From Nemertoderma westbladi (lineage: Eukaryota; Animalia; Xenacoelomorpha), in assembly GCA_032718475.1 (NCBI GenBank), contig JAUCBJ010004524.1, positions 22,894 to 86,893 on the forward strand: a stretch of DNA of 64,000 nt, written 5' to 3'. A program made the translations under genes and the position numbers. Within the stretch, counting starts at the first letter, position 1; each line of letters begins with the position of its first letter. This document shows, in pieces, positions 52,318 through 64,000 of the stretch. The notes beneath the pieces are model-generated. The model had not been told where the DNA came from, did no database searches, and saw only the letters and a list, made by a program, of their open reading frames with translations.

Positions 52318-52830
52318 ACCATTGAATTGAATTGAATTTATTTACTTCCTCAAAATTTATATAAAAAACAACAAACTAAACAATACCACAGAATCTGCTG
52401 GGTACTTTGGGTGGGCCGCTGCTATAGCAGAGCTAGTGTTGCCATACCTGTATGTACCATACTTCATAATATAAATATCTATCTAACTCCCTAACTCTCT
52501 TAGCATATGTATCATACTTTACACCATACATATATATCTAACTCCCTAACTTTCTAGCATATGTATCGTACTTTACACCATACATATCTACAGTATATAA
52601 CTCTCTAACTTTCTACACTTATATATCATATTTTACGCAACATACATTTATCTAACTAAACTAACATTAATTATCATACATAACATACATTATTTGTTCA
52701 TGTACTTTGCTACTTACCTACTTTGCTTCTACATACTGTGGTTTATACAATATTTTCTAACTAAAACTAACACATTCTTTCGTTATATATTAGTTAACTT
52801 ATTGTATTAAATTTCTTTCTTTATTTAAGT
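52318..52830 (-). mobile_element. Probable LINE 3' UTR inserted in the BEL element
   Basis: Minus strand ends AATAAA(TTCAA)3; AT-rich with ~3 internal ~58-bp duplications; truncates the accessory ORF. Confidence 0.5.
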
Positions 52831-52899
52831 TGTATTTATTTTATTTTATGAGGCATTACATATACCCCCCTAGTCCAATATGTATATTGGATGAAACAT

Positions 52900-55860
52900 C
52901 TCATGTCGAATCATCCACTAAACAACAGTTGGTTATCAGCCTTGTATATGTCTTCCTCTTCTTCTCACCGATTTTTCCACCAATTTGGAATTCCACACCA
53001 CCGGTGACATCTTCGATGATGACCGACCTATGATCTTCGATCATCAGTGACTGTCACTACTTTTGCCAATCTCCAGTCACTGCTTGCAATATTAATAACT
53101 GTGACCATAATTAGGTCCCCTTTCTTAATGTCCTTCTTTTCCTCTCGCCACTTTTATCTTCCATGGAGCTTTCTCCATCTTTCCCAGAATTTCATCACCA
53201 TAGCTTTTAGTGCTTTCCACGTCCATTTTGAGAGGTAGTCATCCTTATCGTCTATATCTATTAGCACATGTGCAGGTCTTTCGTGTAATATATGTGCTGG
53301 TGTTATCACTTCCAACGATTCCGGATCATCGTTTAGCTGGCATAGTGGTCTACTATTTATTATTCCTTTACACTTCGCTAGTGCAGTCCTTAAGATGTCC
53401 TCTGTTATGACATAGTCCGCTATTAGCACCTTCATCGCTTGCTTCATACTCCCTACAAGCCTCTCTATGAATCCTATGGTATGTGGCACATATGGTGTCT
53501 GCATAGAACACTTTATCTCATGTTTTCGTACTGAAGAATCTACGTGTTTTTGGTTATATTCTTCCGCTGCTTCCCTTAATTCCCTTTCAGTTCCCACGAA
53601 GTTCATTCCAATATCCAAGCATAATTTCCTGACTACTACTCCTCTTCTGGTTGTGAAACGTTCGAGCGCATTTATGAATGCATTTGTACTCGCATCCACG
53701 GGTGGCTCTATTGCGATCGCCCTAATGTTGTTATAAATGAATATTATTCCATACCGCTTTTCAGTGAGATGGTGGATGTTTATCATTATTGGCCCAAAAT
53801 ATATGTATAGGGAGGCTCGTAACTTATGAGTCTATCTACTGGTAATGCCAACATATGCTGATGTTATCTAACTTTCTTAATTTCATGGCATATTATGCAT
53901 TTCTTGACTAGATGTTTTATTCTTCTCCCTTATTTGTGATATCCAGTTCTTTCTTCTGAGCTCGTTTATCATTGCGTCCATTCCCCCATGAAGGATTGTT
54001 TTATGACTATGCCAGATGATTTGTTCTGTTATAATAGATTCGTTCGCTATTATAACTTGTTTCTTTGTGATCAGTATTGATATAGAGTTGATTAATCGCG
54101 AGTTCATCGCTAGCAATCCATACTAATTTATCTCACGATACATCAGTTTGATTTTGCGTTCCGTTCCATAGGGTTTTTTGTTCTGTATTCGCTCTATCTC
54201 TTTACTATAGTATTTTTCTGCTCATAAGCTAATATCGCCGTTTCTGCTGTATTGAAGTCTATGCTGGGTTTTATCCCTGCTGCTTAGCTTTACTCTTTAA
54301 GTATTCCCCAAATGCTCAATAATACGCTACAAACTTCCTGGTCGTATACCAGCTAAAGTTATACCCTATCAGTTTGTCTGTGTGATTTGTATTCCCCTCT
54401 AACTTCATTGGTTGTATTTCATTCAACATGGAGGTATATATGTCACCTCTTTCGACGTTTGCTTCTCTACCATCCTCTTCCGCTTCCCGGACTTTCTCTA
54501 CATATTTCCCTTTGACATTCTCTGGCCATAGATTCTAATCATCTAGGAACTTAGGCCCGTGCTGCCATAAGTTTTATTTTTCCTCAAAAATCGTTGCTTT
54601 ACTCCTCTTGACAATAGATCTGCCGGATTGTCTTCCATCAGACAATGTTTCCAATTGATAATATTCATTATCGCTCGTATCTCATCCACCCTATTTGCAA
54701 CGAATATTGGTTCTCTCGTTTCCTCATTTGTCAGCCATCCTATCACTACCATCGAGTCTGTCCAATAGAAAATTTCCTTGACAGTCGGCATGGCATTTGC
54801 GACAATGCCACCACTCTTGCTCCTACATGTGCCACCATTATTTCTAACTTTAGCACTCCTAATGAGTTTGTTGGTATCGATCTTGCCTTACTGAAGATTA
54901 ACCATATATATCTTATATATATATATATCTCGTTGTACGATATCCAATGACGCTCTGTATGCCTCGAGCGATGCATCTCCAAATATATGCAATTCTAGAT
55001 TATCCATATTACCATCCAGGAAATAAGATCGTGATATAGTGATCTTCCTTCCCCATCTCATATATACTGTTTATCCAAGTTCTCCACTCCATCTGTATTT
55101 CCTTTGGTAACTGCTCGTCCCATCCGCCTTTCAATCGGTACACTTTCTTTAGGATTTGTTTACCTATCCCTAACAGTCGCGATACGAATCCTAAAGGATC
55201 GTATATGTGTGCAATATACGATACGTAACCTCTCTGTGTGTGTATGTCATCCCCATCATATGTGAATTGATACTCTAATATGTTGGTTTCTCTGTTCCAT
55301 GTTATTCCTAGAGCTCTCTGTTCCGCTTGGTACCTTTTATCAGCCACTAGCTCCTCTGTACTGTTTAACAGTACTATCTTTGCCTTTTCTTTAGTCTGCT
55401 CTCCTGCGGTGATTCTATCCATCGCTTCCATAAATTCAGTCGAATTCGTTTTAAACTTTGTTAAGTTAAATCCTGACCCCTTTAATATCTCGCGAACTTT
55501 GCGTGCTAACTCAATGATTTCCCTTTCAGTATTTCCTGATCCCATTCCATCATCGACATAGAATCCCTTCTGAATCATCTCTATCGCCTTCAAGCTATAT
55601 ATGCCCTCTTTACCCTTCATGGTATCTGGTATCGCCGTTGTAGTTGTGTATGAGGAACACTTGGAACCCATGTTGTGGACTATCATCTTATAGCTTGGTA
55701 TTACAGCTGGTTCTATGTCCCCATTATACCACAGGAACCTCTTACTATCTCTATCTTCCTTCGTAACTAACACTTGATTGAACATACCTCTAATGTCACA
55801 AATAAATGTGAATGTTCCATACCTAAAACTTATTAGTACCTCTACACCGATTAGTACCTC
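52900..55860 (-). pseudogene. BEL/Pao pol remnant: RT, RNase H, integrase
   Basis: CDIRGMFNQV..RFLW, FYVDD, GFNLTKF.TNS, ALGITWN, IYDPLGF, LHIFGDAS..AY, WTDS.V..W, FVANRV, DNPADLLSRG, H...LHGG, RFTTRRG, NFVG, ERLV, INSRPL, ITPAH, FWERW; many frameshifts. Confidence 0.93.
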
Positions 55861-55868
55861 TAGTACCT

Positions 55869-56800
55869 CCAAATAAAATTATTCAAACACCAAAATAAAT
55901 TTTTCAAAACCAAAAAAAATTATTCAACACCAAAACCAATTATTCAATACCAAAATAAATAAATGCTCCCCAAAACCAATTATTAGCACTAAAATAAATG
56001 ACAAAACCCCCAAAATAATTACAAATTTTCCTAAAACAAATACATTTTCCCCCAAAACAAATACAATTTAGCCCAAAACAAATACATTTTCCCCCAAAAC
56101 AAATACAATTTAGCCCAAAATAAATTCATTTTCCCCCAAAACAAATACATTTTCCCGCAAAACAAATACATTTTAACCCAAAATAAATACATTTTTCCCT
56201 AAAATAAATACATTTTCCCCCAAAACAAATACATTTTATTTTCGCCCAAAATAAATACATTTTCCCCCAAAACAAATACATTTTTGCCCAAAATAAATAT
56301 ATAATCCCCCAAAATAAATACTATACTATACCACACACATGCAATAGGCCTAGCAATAAAATAAATAAGGCCTAAAATTTTAGTACTGCCGTAATACTGA
56401 AACCTAATAACATAATAAAGTAATAGGCCATAGGCAATAATAGATAGGCAACAGGCCTATAGGTACGAATACTGAAACTGAAGTAGGCCTACTGTAATAC
56501 TGTCAGTACATCGGTGCGAAAACTAATAACAGAATACTTGTTCTGAAGGCAATAGCCTATCGGTACGAATAGTGTAACTGAAGACTGATGCATGCGCCCA
56601 TGTGAAGAATACCAGGATTTAATATAAAATATTTGGTGCTGGAATAATTTTTTTTGGTTGACAAGTAATTATTTTTGGGGAATGAATAATTGTTTTTGGG
56701 GAATCAATAATTGTTTTTGGGGGTAGAATAATTGTTTTGGGTAAACAATAATTGTTTTTGGGGGTAGAATAATTGTTTTTGGGGGATGAATAATTGTACC
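55869..56800. mobile_element. Foldback-like insertion with ~21-bp tandem subrepeats in inverted arms
   Basis: Left arm (CCCCAAAACAAATACATTTT)n and CCAAAA..AATTATT; right arm (AATAATTGTTTTTGGGG)n; AGGCCTA/TACTG-rich spacer. Confidence 0.7.
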
Positions 56801-57360
56801 AAAATCTAAAATACCACTACACAATAGTCTGTTCAGGTCACTGGCCATAATAAAGGCTTCGTGATTAGAGAGTTCAGGGTTACCGAATATAGTTGAGTGT
56901 TCTAAATAGTTATTTACCTTGGTAATCCTACTCATCAAGTCAGCATCGACTCTAACTGAGTTCTTTGATTCGGTGAATTGCCTTCTCATGGCCCTATAAT
57001 TCCTGGACATTCTGTTGATCCTAGCTGTATCTTTTCCCGTTCTCGTCTGTTGGGTGTGATGAATAGGCTCAGGGTTTTCAATGTCTCCCAGCGCAGTCAC
57101 ACCCCACTCCCTGGTTGCGGCTCTGCCCCATGGTGCACCAGCTGCTGTGTCTCACCACGCGTCCATCCTGACTCGCTTGTTCTGCCCGTCTCTATCCTCG
57201 GGTTCCCAATGTCCATCACAGGGTGGGGGCTTCAGTCCTGGTCCGACCCCGGCTCGATCACCATGACCTCGTCCTCCGGGGGTCCCTCCGTAAGCCCTAT
57301 ACTGGCTGCCAGGTCCCCTTCCCCTCGCTCTCTGATTGACCTCCTCTCGCTCATCACTCT
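56801..57360 (-). pseudogene. Probable 5' part of the BEL gag ORF
   Basis: Coding-like minus-strand ORF between the 5' LTR and the deletion breakpoint; assigned by position only. Confidence 0.45.
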
Positions 57361-57486
57361 ACTGGTACCGTAGGCCTACAACTAGCAGTAGTGCCTACCG
57401 ATCTTTGAGTCTCTACTTTCCATCCACTCTCTCTCTCACTCCCATTCTCATTGCTGTCCTAAGTTGTACTGCTGTAATTTTAGTAC

Positions 57487-58125
57487 TGTTACAGTAACCA
57501 AGTTCTGTGCTCGTGTGCTGAACTGTAAACTTTAGATTGCGCGACTATTGTACTCGCCCCGGCTCGGTATAAACCATTCCTACAATTGAAAGAGTTAAAT
57601 GTATTGTCTTTAGACTATAGTATGTATATTTTGTTCGTTGGATGTTATGGATACTTGACTGAGTATATTAGTATGACTGCATGATTAACTGTACTATTAG
57701 GTATTACACTTCTGTGCTGCGTGTGGTTGCGGTACTAATTAGTTCGCTATCTATCTAAACTGTCTGCACAACTAGTTAAATATTGGGCTACAAATAAGTT
57801 ATATACCCATAACCTACATTGGATTATTGCCTGCACATTTACTAGGCTGTGATTGGACCAGCGTTGTAATCAGCTGATTAATAATGTGCAGCTGTCAACG
57901 TGGCCCTTTCTCTGGTTACATGGTATCTCATATTCCTACCTACATATTGCACAATGAAAGTTTCCCATGTAAGATAGTGGGGCTACTTCCCCCTCCTGCT
58001 TGTGTAATAGGTTTGGTACTGACCAAACCTATTATTGCTTTCTTTGGTTGCCAACTTTGTATTGGCTTCCCTATATTCCTATATTGCTTAAAAACCGTCA
58101 GTAGCATTTGGGCGCTACCGCAACA
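57487..58125 (-). repeat. 5' LTR (639 bp)
   Basis: TGTTACAGTAAC...GCAACA; followed by the TSD ATAAA. Confidence 0.9.
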
Positions 58126-58628
58126 ATAAACTCTTTTTTATACCAAGATAATAATATAAACTACATCTCAACTCAATTAACCCATCACCAGATGTTTTAC
58201 AATACATCAATTAACCAAAGGTCAATAAACTAAACAGTAATAGTATATCGTATACCTATCTAATATCCCAACTCAATAAGCCCATCACCTAATGTTTATA
58301 ATACATTAACCGAAGGTCACCACTAATCTTTCGAGCGAAAATAATCATTCTTGAGAATTACAGTTTATATTGTAATAATGATATTCTGGCACCCATGTAA
58401 GGTTATGAGTTCATTAACCTCGACTGGTATTACATCACATTTACCTTGCAGGAATTTCGCGAAAGCAGTTTCTTTCAAAGATAACTAAAGAAAAACGTAC
58501 GATGCTCTAGAATCTATTTGATGGAGGAAGCGGTCCCTTATCACCCCTAATCCCGGTCATCAACCAATCCGCGACAGACCCCGGCCCTGCCCTGGTACAC
58601 CACACTTACATCAGACATAATTGAAATA

Positions 58629-59754
58629 GTGCGCAATACAATCCGTAACAAGATGGGTGGTATAAAATGCAAACTGTCGATTGTCAATAAGAATATCGAC
58701 GAGCTTGGAGTGCTCCGAATGAAAGTCACGACTCTAAATACTTATGTTGTGACACTGAAGAGAGACTACTACCACATGAAACTTGAATTAGAGGACTGCA
58801 AAGACACGATCCCGAAACAGCAATGTCAATTGGAAACATTCAATGCTGGTGCCAAATATTTATCGTCCGGGTGCCGATATCGATACAGCACAATTGTAAA
58901 TGGACAATGAGACGGGTCGTTCTATACCAGCAGGATTTAACTGGACACAACAAGGTGCGTCTGTGGGCGGTAATGGGATCAGTTGCGGTCAGGCAAACCC
59001 CTGGGGATGGGGGCCAGTACAGTCACCATTATTACAACCACATCAATACCAACCAATGATCACCCAACAACCCAGTCTGTCTGGCCAACAACCGATTCAA
59101 CTCCAAGGCCAACCATGACCAGATTGGGTACAGGCACTCCTGGACGGTCAAAATTGCGTGGAGAATAAGTTAGATATCATAAATCAACGCCTAGACCAGC
59201 ACGACACAAAGATTAATAAACTGGAGAAAGAAAACATGGACCTGCAAACAGATTTACTCCGCGTTCGCAATGTAGTAGGGGATCACCAACGTTTCTTCCA
59301 GAGGATAGACTCTCGAGAAAGGAGCTGCAACGCAATCATTCGGGGGCTAGAAGAAGATGATGTCAGCGATAACGAAAAGATAAAGAAGATTCTTCACGTC
59401 GCAGTTGTTAATGAAGAACCAACCGAGATGTTTCGATTAGGAAAAGAAGACGACGCTTAACGAGTGGGCCCGCGTGGTGTACTACTAAAGATGAAGTCTT
59501 CTACAGCTATAACTCAGTTACTCACGAGCGAAAAGAAAATTCAGGAATTACCTGAACTATCAAAAGTTTTTATCAAAAAGGACGCACCTCCTCATATTCG
59601 TCGGGAGAGAAAACGGTTGTTTGATGCCTGCGAAGCAGAGAAAGCAAAACCCCAGAATGTCGGTGTGAAAATCTATATAGATTTTAAGAAATGGAAGTTA
59701 TATAGAGGTGAGGAAGTTATTGATGAATTCCATCACAATAGTTCGGGTTTTTGA
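58629..59754 (+). pseudogene. LINE ORF1 (coiled coil + RRM/CTD-like), disrupted
   Basis: Heptad-rich segments, DSRERSCNAIIRGLEE, FRLGK, PRGVLLK, VFIKKD; stop at 59458 and frameshifts. Confidence 0.75.
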
Positions 59755-62700
59755 TAGGAGACCAGATCAACAGTATTAGCACAAATTTTACACTACGTAT
59801 TTTATCGTGGAACATAAAAGGTATTAATGATAAATTAAATAATAATATTGTTAAACAATTTTTAAGTAACTATGATATAATTTCTATCAACGAGGTTAAA
59901 ACTATTGTCAAATTGGTACCGGGGTGGAATATAATTCCTTCAGCGAACGCTTTGCATGAAGCTCACTGAGGGGGAGTTTTAGTATTAATAAAACCATGGA
60001 TATCGAGATATATTATCCGTAGAGATGAAATAATTGACCAGGTGTGGATTAGTTTAAAATTCGCTCCTGATATTCTAATCGGAGGTTGCTATATTCCGCC
60101 GAGCGATTCTAAATACTTTAATTAGTCCTGTTTTGGTGAGATACAGTGGCGGGCAATTGAAGATTCAGCTAAAGTAATAGTAATTGGTGATTTAAATTCC
60201 AGAATAGGAAACATCCCGGACGCAAAGGTTAACAGTAATGGTGGAATGCTAAAACAACTAATTTAAGATTGCGATATGACAATTCTAAACCACTGGGATA
60301 GAGGGGACAAGCAATTTGGAGGGGGCTTATCCTTCAGGAGAGGGAATAGGTGGGTGAGTGAGCTCGACTATGGTATTATTTCAAACTCAATTATTTCATA
60401 TGTGACAGAGTTCGAAACGATCCAGCGTTTGGATTTCCCTCGAACCATGCGCCGATCTCGCTGACATTGTGTATTCCTTACCGAGAGCCATTGGATAATC
60501 TTGAGAAAGTAGCCAACGAATTGGGACAACCGAATATACAATACATATACCATCCAACCTATAGAAGAAGAATCCAATCTAGTAAAATAGATAAAAATCA
60601 AGTACAGGAACTATTACAATCGAATATTCTAAACATTGACATTAACAACAACAGTATCGATTCAGCTTGTTCTAAAATAACGGATAAGCTATACAGCACC
60701 GCCGAAACATCTATGGTGAGGAACGGAAACAATACCTTGCAGGGGAGTGACAATGTTCATGGGAGGTGGAACAGGTTAGCACAGAGTGGAGACTATCAAT
60801 CTCTATGGGCCGCTATAGACTGGAAAGGAATGTTGAAACCTGACACAATATCATCCGAGACAGATGTTGATGCACAGCCTGATGCCTACGAAATGAAGAA
60901 TCACTTTGAGACACTTTTATATAATAATAATTTAATTGACGGTGGTAGATTACATCCAATAAACAATAATATAAATAGCATTACAGTCCCAATACTAGAT
61001 GATCCCATAACATTAAGGGAAGTATCAGAAGCGATCGATGCGCTAAAGTCGGACAAGGCTGGGGGGCCAGATGGAATTCCACCTTTAGTTTATAAGATGA
61101 TGCCATTATCGTGGTTAATCACTCTAGTATGGTTCTTTAACTGGATCTTCAATAGTGGTGTATACCCGGTCGCATGGGCTATATCGAGATTAGTTATACT
61201 ATTTAAACGAGGCGACACACGCAAATGTGGTAATTACCGCGGCATAAGCGTGGCTGATACCTTTCAGAAGATATATGACTCGATATTGGCCGCACGATTA
61301 TTCCGATGGTTTAAACCAGAAAGTGAGCAAGCAGGGGGACAACCAGGAAGAGTATGTCTCGAGCAAATATTATCGCTAAGATTGTTAATAGACTCTACAA
61401 AGAAGAGCAAAGGAAAGCTATATCTGTTCTTTATGGATCTAGAGAAGGCCTATGACACTATAAATCGACAGAAATTGATAGATATGTTAATCGAATGTGG
61501 ATGCGGCAAGGCAATGTGCAGAGCGATAATTGCTATGTATAGATCTACCGTAACGTATAACGTATATAATAACTCTACCAAAATTATCAGCAACATAGGT
61601 TTGAAACAAGGACAACCAAGTTCGATATTTCTGTTTTTGTTTTACTTTGATAGATTTGTAAAGTGGCTGAAAAGATGCAAACCAGTCTCAAACCTTCTGC
61701 GAAATTTACATTGTCTGTTATTGATGGACGATTGTGGAATAATGGCCACGTCTAGGAAAGAACTAATACAGAAGGTAGTGATATTGATAGAATTTTGCAA
61801 TGAATATGGGTTGAAAATAAATTTAGCCAAGACGAAATTTCTCGTTGTTAACGGGAATTCGGATGATAAACAACCTTTAACCGTTGCCAATCGTACATTT
61901 AAATACACATCTGCATACACATATCTGGGAACTGTGTTTACAGATGAAGGAACTCTAAAGAATGACATTCAAGAGCATCTCAAATCTAAACAAATTCATG
62001 TATTGAAGTTTGCAATGTTTTTAAAAAAATAATGAGTCAGCTCCATTTTGGGTTAAGAAAATGGTGTTTGAAGCGGCTGCAGCCGCTGCAGTTTTCTACG
62101 GTTGTGAGGCATGGATCGGTAAATTTACACAAGCCGAGAGCGTTTATAATTACATGGTAAAACGGCTGTTGTGTGTGAGAACTTCAACATGTAACGACAC
62201 AGTATATATTGAATCCGGGATTCCAACCGCGGCAGCCTATATTCGATGCAGACAATTACATTTCATTAAATCAATATTAAAACGCCCACATCGTACAGAT
62301 CCAGTTCACATATGTATGGATATCGCAAAGGATATCGGCGCGAGTGGTTCAAAATACATAACGGAACTCCTGAAAAATTCTAACAATATAAAACGAGATA
62401 ATACAGAGATGTTACGTAAAAGGATTATGGATAGTAGCAGCAGTAAACGGGTTACATACAAGCAACTGAACACGACATTACAAACACATGATATTTATAC
62501 CACTCGATCGTCGAAAATCCCGGAGCATATGCGAATCGCATGGTCGCGTTTTCGCTTGTCGTCTCATAACTTACGAATAGAAAGAGATCGTTGGACACGA
62601 CTACCTAGAGAACAAAGGGTCTGTAGTTGCGATGGGCTGTCGGTGCAGGACGAAGAGCATATACTAAGTAGCTGCGAGCATACAAAGGAAATTATAGGCT

Positions 62701-62792
62701 TCTACAATGTTTCATCTATGTTAGACTTTAACGGCCTACCGAGTTACGAAGCCGCAGAGCTGGCTTATAAGATCAGCAAAGTGTTCCCGTAA
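59751..62792 (+). pseudogene. LINE ORF2: AP endonuclease, reverse transcriptase, CCHC-like C-terminus; disrupted
   Basis: ILSWNIKG, INE, CYIPP, GDLNSRIG, SELDY; KAGGPDGIP, NYRGIS, DLEKAYD, GLKQG, LLMDD, YTYLG; a few stops and frameshifts (e.g. ~62025). Confidence 0.9.
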
Positions 62793-63525
62793 TAGTTATA
62801 TATAGTCTATAACCAACGACTGACAGTATTTAATGTACGACAGTGGTTTATTGACTTGCAGTACTTAATTAACCGTAATTACATAACATTGTATGTATAT
62901 TAACTATTTAATTATCTGACCATATTTAATACTTCAGAATTTGACTTTATAGTGGCAATTTATTAGTAACCAAATACCTTATATTTGTTTGACATAATGG
63001 TTAACCGTAATTACATAATATTGTATATTGAATGTTGATTATTTGACCATATATTAATACAACCTAATTTGGCTTTATATTGACTATTTATTAGTGACCG
63101 AATGACCGATATTTTGTTTATATTAACCTTATATTTATTTGACATACTGTTTATAACAATTAGGACTTACCCAGTGTTTATTTGACCATATATAATTTAC
63201 TTACTTATTGATCAATTGTATTTATGTAGACCTATTAATAATATAATAATGTAGTGCTGACGGTAATGTTGATCTGGTCAATAATAATAATAATAATAAT
63301 ATCCAAAGCTGGGGCCTGAATTCAATGCAGTGTATAATAAACAGGATGGCCACCATCGCGTCCAAGAACAGAGCAACAAACTGTTTAAAGCACTTTGGGA
63401 TAGAAAGATAAACCTACCAATGAAGATACGAATATTTATCTCGACTGGAAAACAAGATGCATCAAAAGAGGCGATGTTGTGCTATACAAGGCTCCAAAAC
63501 TGGATTTTTAATGAGGCCGTGTTAA

Positions 63526-64000
63526 CCCTATTACCACTGGGGGGGGGGGGGGGGGGGGGGATCGGCCCCTTCATAGTTTTTAGTTGCCTTAACTATGCAA
63601 CCACATTACGTACCGGCCCAATTTTTATTGAGAATTAGCCAAATTTAATGCCGCATCTTTTGCAAAAAACGACGTTGCAATTGGATTTCTGCTTTTGATG
63701 TGGGTGCCACCTCAAAATTTTGTCTCCAGCACCAAATTTTTGAAATTTTCGAATTTTACAAAGTCATTCGTGATTTAGTAATTATTTATGTTTGGGCTAT
63801 TTTAATTTATTTTTTTGGTTTGGATCACTCTAATGCTCTATAACAAGTATGTAAGTGTAGTGGTACGTCATTTTTGGAGCACTAAAATTAGGGCGTGGCA
63901 CTTTAAATTTCAAAATTACTTTATTCGGAAAATTTACTAAAGTTTTGATTTCGAAGCATTTTTATTAGTTTTCTGGAGCGCTGAATCAATTGAAAGTAAT
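63526..64000. mobile_element. Second copy (left part) of the TTAA element family at 28874
   Basis: TTAA|CCCTATTACCACTGG-polyG; highly similar to 28874-29350; runs off the window. Confidence 0.9.

Larger units (their letters stand above)
50543..58125 (-). mobile_element. BEL/Pao LTR retrotransposon, internally deleted and degraded
   Basis: Two homologous TG...CA LTRs, a 5-bp TSD ATAAA (50538-50542 and 58126-58130), and BEL-type RT, RNase H and integrase motifs on the minus strand. Confidence 0.92.
58560..63300 (+). mobile_element. Near full-length APE-type LINE (RTEX-like) with ORF1, ORF2, 3' UTR and (TAA)n tail
   Basis: Coiled-coil ORF1 remnants, APE and RT motifs, C-terminal RFRLSSHNLRIER..C..EEH..C domain, (TAA)n tail at 63280-63300. 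The 5' boundary is approximate. Confidence 0.85.

Overview
A repeat-dense, AT-rich eukaryotic (probably invertebrate animal) window with no host gene I can confidently identify. Almost everything recognisable is transposon-derived or tandemly repeated. Retroelements: a delimited but internally deleted BEL/Pao LTR retrotransposon (50543-58125, minus strand, ~635-bp LTRs, ATAAA target-site duplication); the 3' half of a second, diverged LTR element (7140-10628); a near full-length RTEX-like LINE (~58560-63300); and several RTE-, CRE- and CR1-clade LINE fragments. DNA transposons: a hAT transposase fragment, TTAA-flanked piggyBac-like non-autonomous elements with internal ~160-bp repeats, and several MITE/foldback elements. 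Tandem repeats: a 2.8-kb compound microsatellite, a 45-bp satellite and several minisatellites. Three observations stand out. (1) Both LTR elements carry homologous, degraded accessory coding sequence just before the 3' LTR, where an env gene would sit. It encodes CCHC zinc knuckles and, in one copy, a DEDDy (RNase D/WRN-like) 3'-5' exonuclease-like domain. (2) A tRNA-type Pol III promoter is fused directly to a complete minimal hammerhead ribozyme, enclosed by inverted repeats and next to a perfect 33-bp hairpin (47297-47583). (3) A ~146-bp-period repeat carries a CTCF-like motif in each unit. All family assignments come from motif recognition by eye; no database search was run.
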